Assembly (NCBI GenBank): GCA_000004695.1
Contig: CM000153.2
Location: 2,848,001-2,912,000, forward strand
Direction: 5' to 3'
DNA from: Dictyostelium discoideum
Lineage: Eukaryota
Length of the DNA stretch: 64,000 bases
Of the stretch, positions 38,739 through 51,850 are shown in pieces. Made by a program: the position numbers and the translations under genes. The notes beneath the pieces were generated by a model. It made no database searches and was not told the origin of the DNA. It worked only from the letters and a program-made list of their open reading frames with translations. How positions within the stretch are numbered: position 1 is the first letter of the stretch; each line of letters starts with the position of its first letter.

Positions 38739-39924
38739 TTATTTTATTTTAATTGACGAAGTTGTATTATTATTATTATTATTATTATTTGTTGTATTAT
38801 TTGAATTTAAATTTATAAGAGTAATTTCAGGATCACAAAATATACGAAAAGGTGGATGAGTACCAAGTCCACGATTTACATAAAAGTTTAATTTATGAGA
38901 ATTTTGTAAGATTTGAAAATAACCTTTACCAAATTTCCAATTTTTTAAAGTTCTTTTACCAGGATATTTAATATTTCTAATGAATTTAATTGGAATCTTT
39001 TGAATAAAACTTTCAAAGTATGGTAAAAGTGGATCACCATTTGTAAATCTAGTTTTAAAAATTCCATTAAATTTTGGAAAACAAATTTGACTACCATGTG
39101 AATGACCAGCAATAACCACATCAACATTTACATTATTCTCTTTTAATAATGATACATGATCAGGATTATGTATTAAAAGGAATTTAATTAAATCATTTGA
39201 TGTTGTTGAATTTATTTCTCTATATAATCTATCCATTTTATTCTGATCCGTATTTGCATAACTATCAATACCAATTAATTGAATGGCACCACCACCACCA
39301 CCAACTTTATCTTTACCCATTGGATAAACAATATCATTTTCCAATAATGTTATATTTGTATTCTTTAATGCATTTTTAATAATTTCTGGTCCCAATGTTG
39401 TTTTATAATCATGATTACCAAGTATAGCATAAATACCATATTTTGACTATTTTTTTTTTTTATTGAAGATATAGATTATTAATAATCTATTATTATTATT
39501 ATTTTTAATATTTTTTATTAATATTAATTACCTTTAATTGTGATAAATGTTTTTTATATAATTGAGTTATTGGTTCTGGATCCCTTTCAACTAAATCACC
39601 TGTTATTAAGATTAAATCAGGATTTAAAGCATTTGTTGAATTTATAACTTTTTGAAGAAAAGAATCAGATATTCTTAAAGGTAATTTGTCATAGTGTATA
39701 TCTGATAATTGAACTATTTTGAAACTTTTTTTATTTGTTTTACCTTCTACTCTATCTATATTTAATTCTAATGTTTCAATCTTTAAATTACTTGAAAAAA
39801 TTGGATAAAAAACTTTACTAATTAAAAATAATATAATTTTAAAAAATAAAACTTTTAAAATAAATTTTAAAATTATCTTTTTTAAAAATAATATAATTTT
39901 AAAAAATATTGTTTGTAATATCAT
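38739..39924 (-). CDS. transmembrane metallophosphoesterase (calcineurin-like phosphoesterase, TMPPE-like), 2 exons: complement(join(38739..39446,39532..39924)); 366 aa
   Basis: N-terminal hydrophobic helices, then the metallophosphoesterase motifs: LSDIHYD, ITGDLVER, AILGNHD and AGHSHGS. It has a GTAATT donor and an aaaatag acceptor, with phase 0. Confidence 0.6.
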
Positions 39925-40297
39925 CTTTTATTTTTATCTTTTATTATTTTTATCTTTTTTTTTTTTTTTTTTTTTTTTTGTTTTTTTTTAATTAAATGAT
40001 AATGTTTTAATAAAAATAAAAAATAAAAATAAAAAAAAAAGGAGAAAAAAAAAAATGAAAAAAATTAATATTAGGGGACTTAATTTTTTGGGTTAGTGAC
40101 TCATTTATATTGTTTTGATGAGATGACGAATCTTTTTTTTTATTTTTTTTTATTTTATTTTTAATTTTATTTTTAAACTCGGAAACCCTTTTATGGAAAA
40201 TGTAAGAACAAAAAAAAAAAAAGACAAATGTTTTTGTTTGTTTTTTTTTACAATCAATTTTATTTATAGAAGGAGAAGGAAGGAAGCGTATTATTGA

Positions 40298-40298
<1 letters not shown>

Positions 40299-40391
<93 letters not shown>

Positions 40392-40392
40392 T
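40299..40392. repeat. (ATT)n microsatellite, about 31 units
   Basis: Seen directly, just downstream of the TRAF-like gene's stop. Confidence 0.9.
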
Positions 40393-40445
40393 TTATTATT
40401 TTTATTTAATTAATAGTTTATTAATTATTTGTTTATTTTTATTTA

Positions 40446-42076
40446 TTATTTAGTAGTTAAAGGATCTATTGTTTGTGGAATCTCAATTTCAAATTTGATT
40501 GTAAGTTTATTGCCAACAACAAAACCCTCACCCAAAGTATTTATAGTTTTACATTCTGCAAATTTTTCCCATCCAATACCTTTATCGTTTTGAAAGTATG
40601 AATTTTTTTCTAAAAACAATTATTATTTTTTTTTTTTTTTTTTTTTGGTTTAGACAATATAATAAAAATTATATAAATTAAATATTACATAAATTAAATA
40701 ATATAAATTATTTAAATATTTTTTTTTTTAAAAAAAAAAACATAAAATAAAAATTAATAAAATGGATATTAATTAAACATATATATATATATATTTTTAA
40801 AAAAATAAAATAAAATAAAATAAAATTTACCTTTTTTAATTGATTTTGTTGGATCGGAATTTACAATTTCAAAAGAGAATTTAATATTAATATTTGGGGA
40901 AGCTTCATGTAAATGAAGATAAAGTGAAATGTAATCTTTATTTGCTGGAGTGAAACCATTTGGAAAACAAGACACATTATATTTTCTAGAGTTAAAGTAA
41001 AACATTGGACAAGATACTCGCTTGGTAGAGGTAACTTCATCGTTTGGGATATCGATTACTTTTTGCATCCAATTTTCAATTACCCATTGATTTGAGTATT
41101 TATTTATATTGGTTAACCTTTTCTCCAAAGTTTCATGACTACATTTCAATCGTTTGAAACATCTATCACTCTCATCCAGTAGGATACGATGTTGATCTAT
41201 AATGTTTTGAATGAAACCTATATGATTATTCTCTGATGCTAAATGATTGGCTTGATGTTTTCTTTGAAAGCTTACTTGACATCCACCCTCTTTATATTTA
41301 CATTGAATGGTCATCTCGGGACATACCTCCAAATGCTCCGATAATTCCATTCTCAACATCTCTAATTTACAATGTGTACACTTTATTTTGTATGATTGAC
41401 ATTCGCTCTCCAAATGATCCTTATTGATTTTGGCTATTGGTGTTTTACAATATTGACATGGTACTTTTAAATATTCACAAGACTTATTATGTTCCTCCAA
41501 TTGATTCTTTCTAAATCTACTATTAATTTTACATTCATCACCATTTGGACAATTTATAAATGCATATTGACAATTTTTAAAATGTGTTTCCATCTCTTCA
41601 ATTCTAATTATATCTTTACATCCATTCTCTTCATCTTTAATTATTTTACCATCTTCTTTTTCTTCTTTATATTGATATTTACAATATACCTTTAAAAAAA
41701 AATAAAAAAATAAAAATAATATAAAATAAAAATAAAATAAAAAATTAAATGTTATTATTAATTTTAATCCTTTTTTTAAAAATTATTTATTATTAAAAAT
41801 ATTATTTATTCTTACCTTTTTCTTTTTAAATTCACTTTCTAAAAATAAATTACGTGATAAAAACTCTAATTTTACTTTTGCCCTACAGATTGGACATTCT
41901 TTTTTCTTATTTTCAATCTGTTTTGTCCAACAATCTGAGCATAAACAATGGCCATGAGGACATTGATTAACTTGAATTTTATCGTGACTCTCACTAAGGA
42001 GATCTGTACACACTATGCATGAAAAACTTTCTGATAATGGTTTAACTAATAAATCACTAATTTTAAACTCTGTCAT
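40446..42076 (-). CDS. TRAF-like protein (RING finger + TRAF-type zinc fingers + MATH domain), 3 exons: complement(join(40446..40609,40831..41689,41816..42076)); 427 aa
   Basis: Exon 1 carries a C3HC4 RING (CIVCTDLL...CPHGHCLCSDCW...CPICR). Exon 2 carries repeated C-x-C...H...C TRAF zinc fingers (CPNGDEC, CEYLKVPCQYC, CQSYKIKCTHC, CPEMTIQCKYKEGGC). The MATH domain runs from VSCPMFYFNSRKYNVSCFPNG and continues across intron 2 as ...SIKK|E|KNSYFQNDKGIGWEKFAECK...KFEIEIP. Donors are GTAAGA and GTAAAT. Confidence 0.7.
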
Positions 42077-43115
42077 TTCATAATATTATTATTATTATTG
42101 TTACGTATTAAAAAAAAAAAAAAAAAAAAAAAATTTTTGATTCTATTTTGTTTCTTAAATTATTATAATTGTTAATATTATTTACAATGTTTATTTATGT
42201 TTTATTATTATTATTATCTTTATTATTTAATATCTTTTATTAATTAATTAATTAATTTTTTTTTTTTCTTTTTAATTGGTTTTTTTTTTTTTATTAAATT
42301 TTTTTTTTTTTTTTTTTCTATCTCTTTCTTTAATATTTCTATCTTATCCTTTTAAGTGTTTATTTTTTTTTTTTTTTTTATTTTTTTTTTCTTTTTTAAA
42401 AATAAAAAAATAAAAAAAATAAAAAAATTAAATGCAAAAACAATTTAAAATTTTTTTTTTTTTTTTTTCTTTTTTTTTTTTTAAAAAATTTCAAGAATTA
42501 TTGGAATTATGATCGCGCTCCCACTAAATAAAAAAATTTTAATTAAAATAAAAAATAAATTAATTATTAAATGGATATTTTTAGAAGTCGAGCTTAGGTT
42601 TCGAAGATCTTAGCACAAATTCGTTCTATTCATTTATTAATAAATTAATTTTCTTTTTTTAGGTCAAAATTTCAATATAAACACAATTTTTAAGGTGTAT
42701 TTTCATAGGATGATTCCTTAATATGAAATCAATTAATTAAAAGAATATGTAAAACCCAATTAATTTTCGATTTGATGATTTTTTAATTTTTCTTTTGATT
42801 TGGATTGGACAAAAAAAAAAAAAAAAAAAAAACTGTTTAAAATTCAATCCACTCGTTAATTAATTAATTTTCTTTTAATTAAAAAAAATTAAAAAAAAAA
42901 GACGATAAAAATAAAAATAAAAATAAAAATAAAAAAAAAAAAGAAAATATCTTCACATCAAAAAGAAAAATATCAAGCGAGTGACCTTTCGGTTTAATTT
43001 TATTTACACATGCATGAGAAGTATATTTAAATGAAATTTAATTACTAAATTTTGATTGGATATGGTTTTCATTTTTTTTTTTTTTTTCCTTTTAAAAAAA
43101 TTTAATAATTAAATT

Positions 43116-43158
<43 letters not shown>

Positions 43159-43235
43159 AAATAAAAAAAATAAGGAAGTAAATAAATAAATAAATATATA
43201 AAATAAAAATTTTTTAAAAAAAAAAAGAAAAATAA

Positions 43236-43390
43236 AAAACTAAAAATAAAAAATCTAATAATCTGTGCGACACAAGCAAAAAAAAACACCATTTCTTTTT
43301 TTTCTGACGAAAATGATCATCACAAAAGTTTTGAAATAAAAAATAAAATAATAAAAAATAATTTCCAAACCACCAGGACAAAAAAAAAAA
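43236..43390 (+). repeat. conserved non-coding element, copy A (about 150 bp), core ...aacaccatttc(t)nctgacgaaaatgatcatcacaaaag...aatttccaaaccaccaggaca
   Basis: About 75-80% identical to 46700..46872 on the same strand. The blocks aaaaatc[ta]aataat..gtg[ct]gaca, aaaaaaaacacc.ttt, tctgac[ga]aaaatgatca and caaaccaccaggaca are shared. Confidence 0.55.
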
Positions 43391-43852
43391 AAAAAAGAAA
43401 AAACCATTAAAAATTCAGTCCAACCATTAATTAATTTTAAAAAAATTAATAGACATGTTCATTTGGTGATTTTCTTAATCAAAAAAAAAAACGATAAAAA
43501 AAAAAAGACGATAAAAAAAAAAGGTAAAAATAAAAAAAAAAAAAAAAAAAAAAAAAAATTCTAAACAGCCAAAGAATTACAACATCGCCATTATTCCAAA
43601 CATTAACAAAATTGATAGGTATTAGTTGAGAAGGTTCTAATTTATCACCGGAAAGATATTGGGGTGTTTTCTTAATTTTCTATTCAACTTTTACTCAAAA
43701 AATAAATAAAAAATAAAAAAAAGTTTATATGTTTAAAAACTAAAATTTTAATAAAATAATTTTTATTATTTATTTATTATTTTTTATTCCCTCCTTTTTT
43801 TTTAAAGTATTATTTAAATTGTTATTATTATTATTATTATTATTATTTAAAT

Positions 43853-46129
43853 TTAATTATTAATAATTCTAAAATTTAAAACCTCTTTAAAGTAAATTAT
43901 AAACTTTGGTTGAAAACAAGTATAAGCTTTATCTATTAGATAATTTATATCATATATTGTTAGAATTTTTGAAGTTGGAGTTATTTCATTTAATAATATA
44001 TTTTTATGTTTTTCAGAATTTACTATATATTCAAACATTTCTAATTTACCTAACGATATTGAATAAGATAATATTCTAGTAATTACTCTTGAACAATGAC
44101 TTAATGATAATATTCTTTCAAATAATTTAAAATCCGATCTAACTGCAATTTCAAATATTAATGAATCATTTAAAATAATATCCTTATCAGCAATATGTAA
44201 ACCTTGATGATAATAATATAATAATAATGGTGCATTAATAATTTGGGATGGATCTTGAACTAGATGAGTTGTTTTTGATTTCATTCTCCTAATTTCATTA
44301 AAAAGGTATGAAATTTTCTCTATTGACCCATGTAAATAATATTTTGATTTAAAAAGTGTTACAAGGTCAGTTTCTTTTAAAAAGTCTTTAATATTATCGT
44401 TATCTAATATAAAATCTATAGTTTCATTTGAACAAATTCTAATTTGATAAAAAATATAAACATTTCCTAAATCAGCAAAATAATTAATTGGATAATTATT
44501 TTTATAATGATACAATAATTGATAATTATTATTATTATTTCTTAATTCATCATCACCATCACCATCGCCATTATCTTCTCCTTGTTCTCTTTTAGTAAAT
44601 AAACAATCGATTTTAAATTTAATAATTGGTTTTAGTTCTAAATTATTTGGTGATAATAAATAGTCAATTACTTGAGTTGATTTTGGGAATACAAATGTTT
44701 GATGTGGTAAAGTAGCATTTGAAGTTGTGGTAGAAGATCTTCTAATTTTATCTTTTAATAAATTTCCAACCATTTCAATTAAAATAATATCATTTAATGA
44801 AACTAATAAATCAAATAAATCAATCATAATTCTAAAACTAATATTGCCACCATCTAAAAAATAATCTAAATATTTTATTTGTAAATCTTTTCTTCCATTA
44901 CAATTTTCAAATAAAAATTTTCTTGCATCAAATCCAACTAAATATCTAAACCATTCATAATTTTCATTATTACCACTACCACTACTTTTAAACATTATAC
45001 AATAATATAAATAATTTCTAATAGATTGTTTTTCAACACTATATGGTATTATCATTTTAAATAATTTTGAAATTAATAATTTTATTTTTTCATTTTCATT
45101 ATTAATATTATTATTATTATTATTATTAAAATTTATATTTTTAATTATTATTGATAATGGTAAATTTAAATTTTTAAATTGTAATTTTATATTATCTAAT
45201 TCCTCAATTGATAATGGTTCATCAATTGTTTCTTTTAAAAGTGGATTAATTAAAATATCAGATGACCCAAAACTTTGATTATTTAATTGTTTTTTTTTTA
45301 ATTCCCAGTTTTCTAATGATGGTAAATTTAAAATTGAAATACTATAACATGAATTTAATAATGACTCTAATGTTGATTTGAAAAATAGTGTATTAATTTT
45401 ATAATCTATTGGTTTTAATTGATTTGGTATTGTTTTATTTGATAATTGTAAAGTTTTAAAAACTAAATATTGTAATTTTTTATCGATATCAATTGACCGA
45501 TTTTCTTTATTTATTATTGAATTCCATAAGATCTGATTATCCATTTCTGGGCAACCCAATTGATTATAAATATAGTTTGCCATTTTAAATGAATTCAATC
45601 TAACTGATGATATAAACATAGTAAGAGTTGGTTCAATTAATTTATATTCCATATAAAGTAAATCTAATGCTATATAATTATCATATGAAATTAACTTTTC
45701 AACTAATAATTTAATATTCATAAATTTAAAAAAACTTGAATAATAATTTTTAAATAAATAATAATAAAATTCTATATCATTATGTAATGAAATAATTTCA
45801 ATTGATTCCTCTTCTTCTTCATCTTCTTCTTCTTCTCTAGTTGTTTTTATTTTTTTTATTTTTTTTTTTTTTTTAATATCTGGAATTGAAAAAATTGAAA
45901 ATAAAAAATCAGATTTCTTTGGATCAAATTTAATTTCTTCATTTTTTTTTAATTCATTTTTATTTTTATTTTTATTTTTATTATTTTCACAATTTCCAAA
46001 GAATCTATTTATATCATGAGGATATTGTAGAGGAAAATATATTTCATTTGATACTGGGTAAAATGATAAATTCTCTTTACCTATTTTAACTTTATCTTTT
46101 AATAATGAATAATGTTTATTATCTATCAT
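43853..46129 (-). CDS. hypothetical protein (758 aa), lineage-specific, no recognisable domain
   Basis: A single long ORF with typical codon usage. It has an acidic tract, EEEEDEEEEE, and poly-N. Confidence 0.55.
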   Translation of the reverse strand: MIDNKHYSLLKDKVKIGKENLSFYPVSNEIYFPLQYPHDINRFFGNCENNKNKNKNKNELKKNEEIKFDPKKSDFLFSIFSIPDIKKKKKIKKIKTTREEEEDEEEEESIEIISLHNDIEFYYYLFKNYYSSFFKFMNIKLLVEKLISYDNYIALDLLYMEYKLIEPTLTMFISSVRLNSFKMANYIYNQLGCPEMDNQILWNSIINKENRSIDIDKKLQYLVFKTLQLSNKTIPNQLKPIDYKINTLFFKSTLESLLNSCYSISILNLPSLENWELKKKQLNNQSFGSSDILINPLLKETIDEPLSIEELDNIKLQFKNLNLPLSIIIKNINFNNNNNNNINNENEKIKLLISKLFKMIIPYSVEKQSIRNYLYYCIMFKSSGSGNNENYEWFRYLVGFDARKFLFENCNGRKDLQIKYLDYFLDGGNISFRIMIDLFDLLVSLNDIILIEMVGNLLKDKIRRSSTTTSNATLPHQTFVFPKSTQVIDYLLSPNNLELKPIIKFKIDCLFTKREQGEDNGDGDGDDELRNNNNNYQLLYHYKNNYPINYFADLGNVYIFYQIRICSNETIDFILDNDNIKDFLKETDLVTLFKSKYYLHGSIEKISYLFNEIRRMKSKTTHLVQDPSQIINAPLLLYYYHQGLHIADKDIILNDSLIFEIAVRSDFKLFERILSLSHCSRVITRILSYSISLGKLEMFEYIVNSEKHKNILLNEITPTSKILTIYDINYLIDKAYTCFQPKFIIYFKEVLNFRIINN

Positions 46130-46699
46130 CCATTGAACACTAGTTATTTCGTCATATTTAAATTTTCCCTATTTTAAATAATAATTTTTTTTTTTTTTTT
46201 TTTTTTTTATTATCATTAGTGTGTTGTAAATTATTTTTTTTAATTACTATTTAAAACAACTAATTAAAAGATTTAATAAATACCCCCATAAAAGATGAGG
46301 TTGAAATAAATGAAAAAATTAAAGATGAAATATATTTATTATTAAAAACTTTAAAAAATAATTGTTTTTCCATTTTAACAAAAATCTAAAAAAAAAAAAA
46401 ACCTATAATGATTTAAAAAAAAAATAAAAAAAAAATAAAAAAAAAAAATTCTTTTTTATTTCTAAAAAATTTTTTTTTTTTTTTTTTTTTTTTTATGATT
46501 GGTAACCTTGTTTTCTAGGTTGGAAAAACAATTGGTTTTAGCGTGTCATTTCAAAATATGCATTACCACGTTTTATAAAAATTTTCTAGTCACCAATAAA
46601 AAATTCCTATTACATTTTGAAAAAACACGATAAAACCAATTGTTTTCTCAAACTAGAAAACTTGTTGTTGTTCATCTAATTTGAAAAAAAAAAAAAAAT

Positions 46700-46872
46700 A
46701 AAACTAAAAATAAAACTAAAATAAAAAATCAAATAATTGGTGTGACATGAACACTAACAAAAAAAACACCGTTTTCTGACAAAAATGATCACAAAAATAA
46801 AAAATAAAAAAAAATAAAAAAAATTTTTTTTTTTTTAAAAAATAATTTTCAAACCACCAGGACATACACAAC
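46700..46872 (+). repeat. conserved non-coding element, copy B; it ends about 90 bp upstream of the ATG of the 46960 gene
   Basis: See copy A: ...aacaccgttttctgacaaaaatgatcacaaaaat...aattttcaaaccaccaggaca. Confidence 0.55.
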
Positions 46873-46959
46873 ACCAACTTTTCATAAAAAAAAAAAAAAA
46901 AAAATATCACAATAAAATATAAATAAATAAATAAATATTTAAACGTTTCATCTCTATAG

Positions 46960-47072
46960 AATGAAATTCAGAGAGAAAATAATATGCATTTGTTTAGTTA
47001 TTTTTTCATTATTAACATTAATTGCAACAATCATTATAGTGGTATTTGATTTATTACCTAGTGTAAGTATAG

Positions 47073-47114
<42 letters not shown>

Positions 47115-47998
47115 AATAATTATTTTATGGTTTATTAATAACATAATTTAATTCTTATATTTGATATAATATCAATATTAATTTATTATATGTATATGTA
47201 TATAGATGAAATTTGCAAAAACATATATACCATCAGATTGTAAAGTTATAAATCATTATTTTAATACTACAGTCATACCAAGTGATGAAAGATGTATGGA
47301 ATTAAATAATGATGTATGGTGGTACAATAAATTGGGTGCAAATGCATTCTATTATGGTGTAATTGAACATAAAGATAAAGATAATAATAATAATATTAAT
47401 AATAATACAAATAACACCACTGATAATGGTGGTGGTGGTGGTGGAAGTAGTAGTAGTAGTAGTAGTAGTGATAGTAATAGTGAATATGGTAGTAGTTATA
47501 GTTATAGTTATGATGAAGATAGTAGTTTAGGACCAAATGAAAAGATATGTTTTCAAGGTTTATTTGAAGTAGAATATAGTGATCAAAAATCATCAATGAT
47601 CGTGTCTAATATTAGTGGATTATGGAGTCCAAATTGGAGATGGTGTTATACTTATTTAAAATCATTTGGGGTATGTCTTTTTTTTTTTTTTTTTTTTGGT
47701 AATAAATCAAATTTAAAAATAAAAATAGAATATTTACATTAATTTTATAAATTTTTATATCAAATTTATATAGGTTGGAGATACAGATAATTGTTTTTAT
47801 GAATCAACAGATATTTATAATGCAAATTGGTTTGGACCATCAAAATATAGTATTTTTTCAATTGTTGGAATTTGTGTTGGTGGTGGTTTTTCATTAATTT
47901 GTTTCATATTATTTATATACTTTTATAGAAGATTTAGTAGAGTAGATTTAAATTCATATATAAGAATATCTCCTGATGGTACTCATATATTTTATTAA
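46960..47998 (+). CDS. single-pass membrane protein with a signal sequence, poly-Gly/Ser linker and C-terminal TM helix; 3 exons: join(46960..47061,47206..47670,47774..47998); 263 aa
   Basis: MKFREKIICICLVIFSLLTLIATIIIVVFDLLPS|MKFAKTYIPSDCKV...KSFG|VGDTDNCFYEST...IVGICVGGGFSLICFILFIYFYRRFSR.... It has GTAAGT and GTATGT donors and tatatag acceptors, all phase 0. Confidence 0.6.
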
Positions 47999-48239
47999 AA
48001 AAAAAAAAGAAAAAAGAAAAAAGTAACAAACAAACAAACAGACAAACAAACAACCAAACAATATTTATTTATTTAATAAAAAAAAAAAAAAAAAAAAAAA
48101 ACCAAATTTATGTATATCCAAAAAAAAAAAAAAAAAAAGAAAAAAAGATACCAAGTGTTTGTTATTATTTTTTATAATACATTATTTTATTTTATTTTAT
48201 TTTGTTTTATTTTATTTTATTTTATTTTATTTTATATTA

Positions 48240-49333
48240 TTATTGTTGATCTAAATCATCTTCATTTAGAAAGTTTTGTACTGGTTGTTGTACTTCTTGT
48301 TGTTGTGCTTGTTGTACTTCTTGTTGTTGATGTGCATCTACAATTGGTTGCTCTTGTCCATCCATAAGATTTTTTCTATATTTGTAATAATATTTTTTAA
48401 AAATTATTATTATTATTATTGGAAATAAATAAATAAATAAAATAAAAAAATACATACAAAAAACCAGGAGTTTTTAATAATCTTCTATTACTAATTAATG
48501 GATAAGCATCTTCAAGGAAATAATAAGCATGACCTGCAACAGCACCTAATAAATCAGTTGTTAAATCATGATTGAATAAATAACCCATTATTAAAATTAC
48601 CCAAGGTAAATATGGTGCACTAAATGTAAATAAACCTAAAAAGCTAATATGCATATTAGGATTTCTTCTACTCCACACATAAATTACCATAAATGCTATT
48701 GATGGTGCTAAAAATAAAACTTTTGTAACAATTTTGGTATAAAATAAAAATGCATCCATTATCTATATAAAATAAATATATTATTATAAATATTATTATT
48801 ATTATTATTCGTTAATTAAACTTTTCTATCTATCTATCAATCTATCTATCTTCATTTATTTTTCGTTTGTGTATATTTGAATATATGTATGTACATACTA
48901 ATAATAAAAATGATCCAAATATCCACATAAATAGATAATCAGCTGATCTACCTCTAAATGATGATTCCTCTAATAGCCTACTGTGTCTAACCCTATATAT
49001 ATAATTTAGTTTAAATTAATTAATAAGGAAATAAATAAAAAAAAAAGAGAAATCTAATGTATATGATGATGATGGTGGTGATGATGATGATTATTTTACT
49101 TACAGGAAATACATATGGAAAAAGAAATTCATACCAATTTCATCATAGAAAAAAAAATTTGTAAAAAGTCTCCAAAATTCATACTTGCCAAATACTAATG
49201 GAAAATTTAAATATAATCTTAATGGACCAACCAATCCAAGATAAACACTAACTGATGTAACAACACATCCTGTCATATATATCTTTGTAACAATAGGTAA
49301 ATTTTTATACCAATCCTCAAAAGGTTGTGCCAT
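48240..49333 (-). CDS. Derlin (ER-associated degradation, Der1-like), 4 exons: complement(join(48240..48375,48458..48762,48899..48992,49104..49333)); 254 aa
   Basis: MAQPFEDWYKNLPIVTKIYMTGCVVTSV..LYLNFPLVFGKYEFWRLFTNFFFYDEIGMNFFFHMYFL|VRHSRLLEESSFRGRSADYLFM..|..IYVWSRRNPNMHISFLGLFTFSAPYLPWVILIMGYLF..DLLGAVAGHAYYFLEDAYP matches Derlin-1/2 across all four TM helices. It has GTAAGT, GTATGT and GTATGT donors. Phases 2/0/2 are consistent with ORF-track frames. Confidence 0.75.
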
Positions 49334-49540
49334 CTTTAAATATTATATATATATATATATGTGATGTGTGTGATTGTGTAAATTAATTATTTAAATTATT
49401 TAATTTATTGTTTGGTAATATATATTTTAATTTGTTTTTTTTAATTAAAAAAAAAAAAATTAATAAATAAAACAATAAAAAAACAATATATTTTGGGTGT
49501 ACAATAATAAAATATAAAAAAAAAAAAAAAAAAAATGAAA

Positions 49541-49587
<47 letters not shown>

Positions 49588-50079
49588 GTGCACCGTCATA
49601 AAAGTTTAATTTCATTGATCAAAAAATCAGTTCTCAATTTTTTAATTAAATTAAATTTAAAATAAATAAAAAAAAAAAAAACCCCAAAGTTTTTAAGAAA
49701 CGATTTTCATCCCCTAATATCATTAATTAAAATTTTATTCATTCATTAAATTTTAAATTGTTTTTGGAGATGCTCCAAAAAAAAAAAAAAAAAAAAAAAA
49801 AAAGTATTTTTAATAAAAAGTAAAACAAAATTATTAAAATTTTTTGAAAAAAAAGAAGAAAAACAAAGACGAATCAAAAAATGTCATCAATTTAATTTGA
49901 GATTGAAAATAAATAAAAAAATAATAAAAAAAAAAAATTTAAAGATAAAAATAAAAATTAAAAAAAATAACAAGAAGATAAATTTATTGGAATACTTAAA
50001 TCACTTGATTTAGAGAAGGTAAATTCATTTCAAAAGAAGAATCATTGGAAAAGTGATAAAAGATAATAAAACTAATCTC

Positions 50080-50110
<31 letters not shown>

Positions 50111-50657
50111 GATTTTAGGTTTTAAAATAAATAAAAAAAATAAAAATACTTTCTGGGAATCCATATCAAAAAAAAAAAAAAAAAATTTTATTAAAAACAA
50201 TACATTTGCATAGCAAAATGAAACCAACCACAAACTTAACCGATTTTTGGTGGTTATTATTTTATCTTTATTTCCAAATTTTTTTTTATTTCTTCATTTG
50301 ATTTTTTTTCTTTCATTCTTTATTAATTTATATATTAATTTTTTTTCAAGAAAACTCACAATAAGATTGAAATGCCAATCACACGACAAAAAAAAAAACT
50401 GAAAAAAAAAAAAAAAAACAAATAAAATTAAATGTGTTTGCAAAAACTGTTTTTTTTTTTTTTTATTTATTTTTATAATTTTTTTTTTTTATTTTCATAA
50501 TTTTAGTTTTTTTAAATGCAACAAAATAATCAGTCATTTGGACAATTATCTAAATAACCTTTATTATAATTAAAAAAAAAAAATAATTAATAATAATATT
50601 AAAATCAATTTTCGCACAAACTTTTTTTTTTTCATCTTGTTATTCACCAGAAACAGA

Positions 50658-50700
<43 letters not shown>

Positions 50701-50786
50701 GATTTTTTTTTTTAAAAAAAAAAATTTATGTTGGGTCTGATTATCATAATAATAACAATTTAAAAATAAAAATAAAAATAAAAATA

Positions 50787-51088
50787 ATGAATAAACTGGA
50801 ATTTAAAATTATTTACAAAGATGGGAAATATTGGTTTGACGAAAAATTTCCAAATCAATTAAATGGGGTAATAACTCCACAAGAATATTCAATGATAATA
50901 AATGGACTTCACTCAAGATTAAAAAGTGTTTCTTTCTTTATTTATTTATTATTTGCGTTGGTTTCTTGTCTTCTTTTCCTATGTAAACTTTTCAACTTGA
51001 ATTTTGTCCCTTTTATAACAATTATTATATTAACATCAGTAATTGATTTAGCACTTATTATATATTGCATAGTATTTGTTGCATATGT

Positions 51089-51110
<22 letters not shown>
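50787..51110 (+). CDS. Erf4/GOLGA7-like (palmitoyltransferase complex subunit) protein; the 3' end is not recoverable because the sequence runs into a corrupted region
   Basis: MNKLEFKIIYKDGKYWFDEKFPNQLNGVITPQEYSMIINGLHSRLKSVSFFIYLLFALVSCLLFLC parallels the GOLGA7 core (..IQRDYS.G..QF.TKFP.EL...I...QF.ETV..LN.....CLACLTAYTIFLC). Downstream of about 51100 the frame enters a poly-T and stutter region. The family assignment has moderate to low confidence. Confidence 0.35.
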
Positions 51111-51129
<19 letters not shown>

Positions 51130-51158
51130 CCCACAAACTAAAATTTGGAAATTATTTT

Positions 51159-51192
<34 letters not shown>

Positions 51193-51480
51193 CCAAAAAT
51201 CCCACCAGGTATAAAAAATTTTTAAACCTACCCAGGGAACAATTCCAAAGAAAATCTATTTCTTTCCCAAGCCCAAAAATTCTTTTCAAGTTGAAAAAAC
51301 TTTACCCAAAATTAGAAGGGGAAAATTTTATGGCCAACAAAAATATTAATATTAATAAAAATAGCAAAAAAAGGGATAAGGATAATAATAATAATAATAT
51401 TTTTCCCGGTATTAATAATGAAAACAATAATGAATTTCCCAAAATTCCCCCCCTTTTAAATAAATCTGAGAATATATAAT
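51100..51480. other. low-quality 'base-stutter' sequence
   Basis: ttccaaaaatcccaccagg, cccagggaacaattccaaag, gggataaggataat, ttttcccgg, cccccccttttaaa: doubled bases and GC islands. Confidence 0.45.
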
Positions 51481-51850
51481 TCAAAGACTCATTGTAAATA
51501 AATAATCTAAACAAATTTTAATAAATATCAAATACCTTATTCAAAAAAAAAAATTATTTTCACTTTTTTTTTTTTTTTTTTTTTTTTTTCCAACTTTTTC
51601 ATCACCAACAATTTTTTTTTTTCAACTTCATCATCACCAATTTTTTTTTAATTTTTTTTTTTTTCAATTTTTTTTTTTTTTTTTTTTTCAATTTTTTTTT
51701 TTATTTTTATTTTTTTTTTTTTTTTTCATAAATTAATTTTTATAGATTTTGTTATTTTAGTCAATCAATATTGTGTGTATATGTATAATAATTGTGTATA
51801 TTAGTGTATAATATATATCTATTTTTAAACAGATCAACAATAAGAAAAAA

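Noticed and set aside
42511-42535. DUSE-like motif ctcccactaa, a possible ncRNA promoter in the 1.7-kb intergenic region
   Set aside because: It is a near match only: TCCCACTAA versus the consensus [AT]CCCA[CT]AA. No convincing snRNA or class-I RNA-like sequence lies about 60 bp downstream, and the resemblance of 42590-42650 to U6 is superficial.
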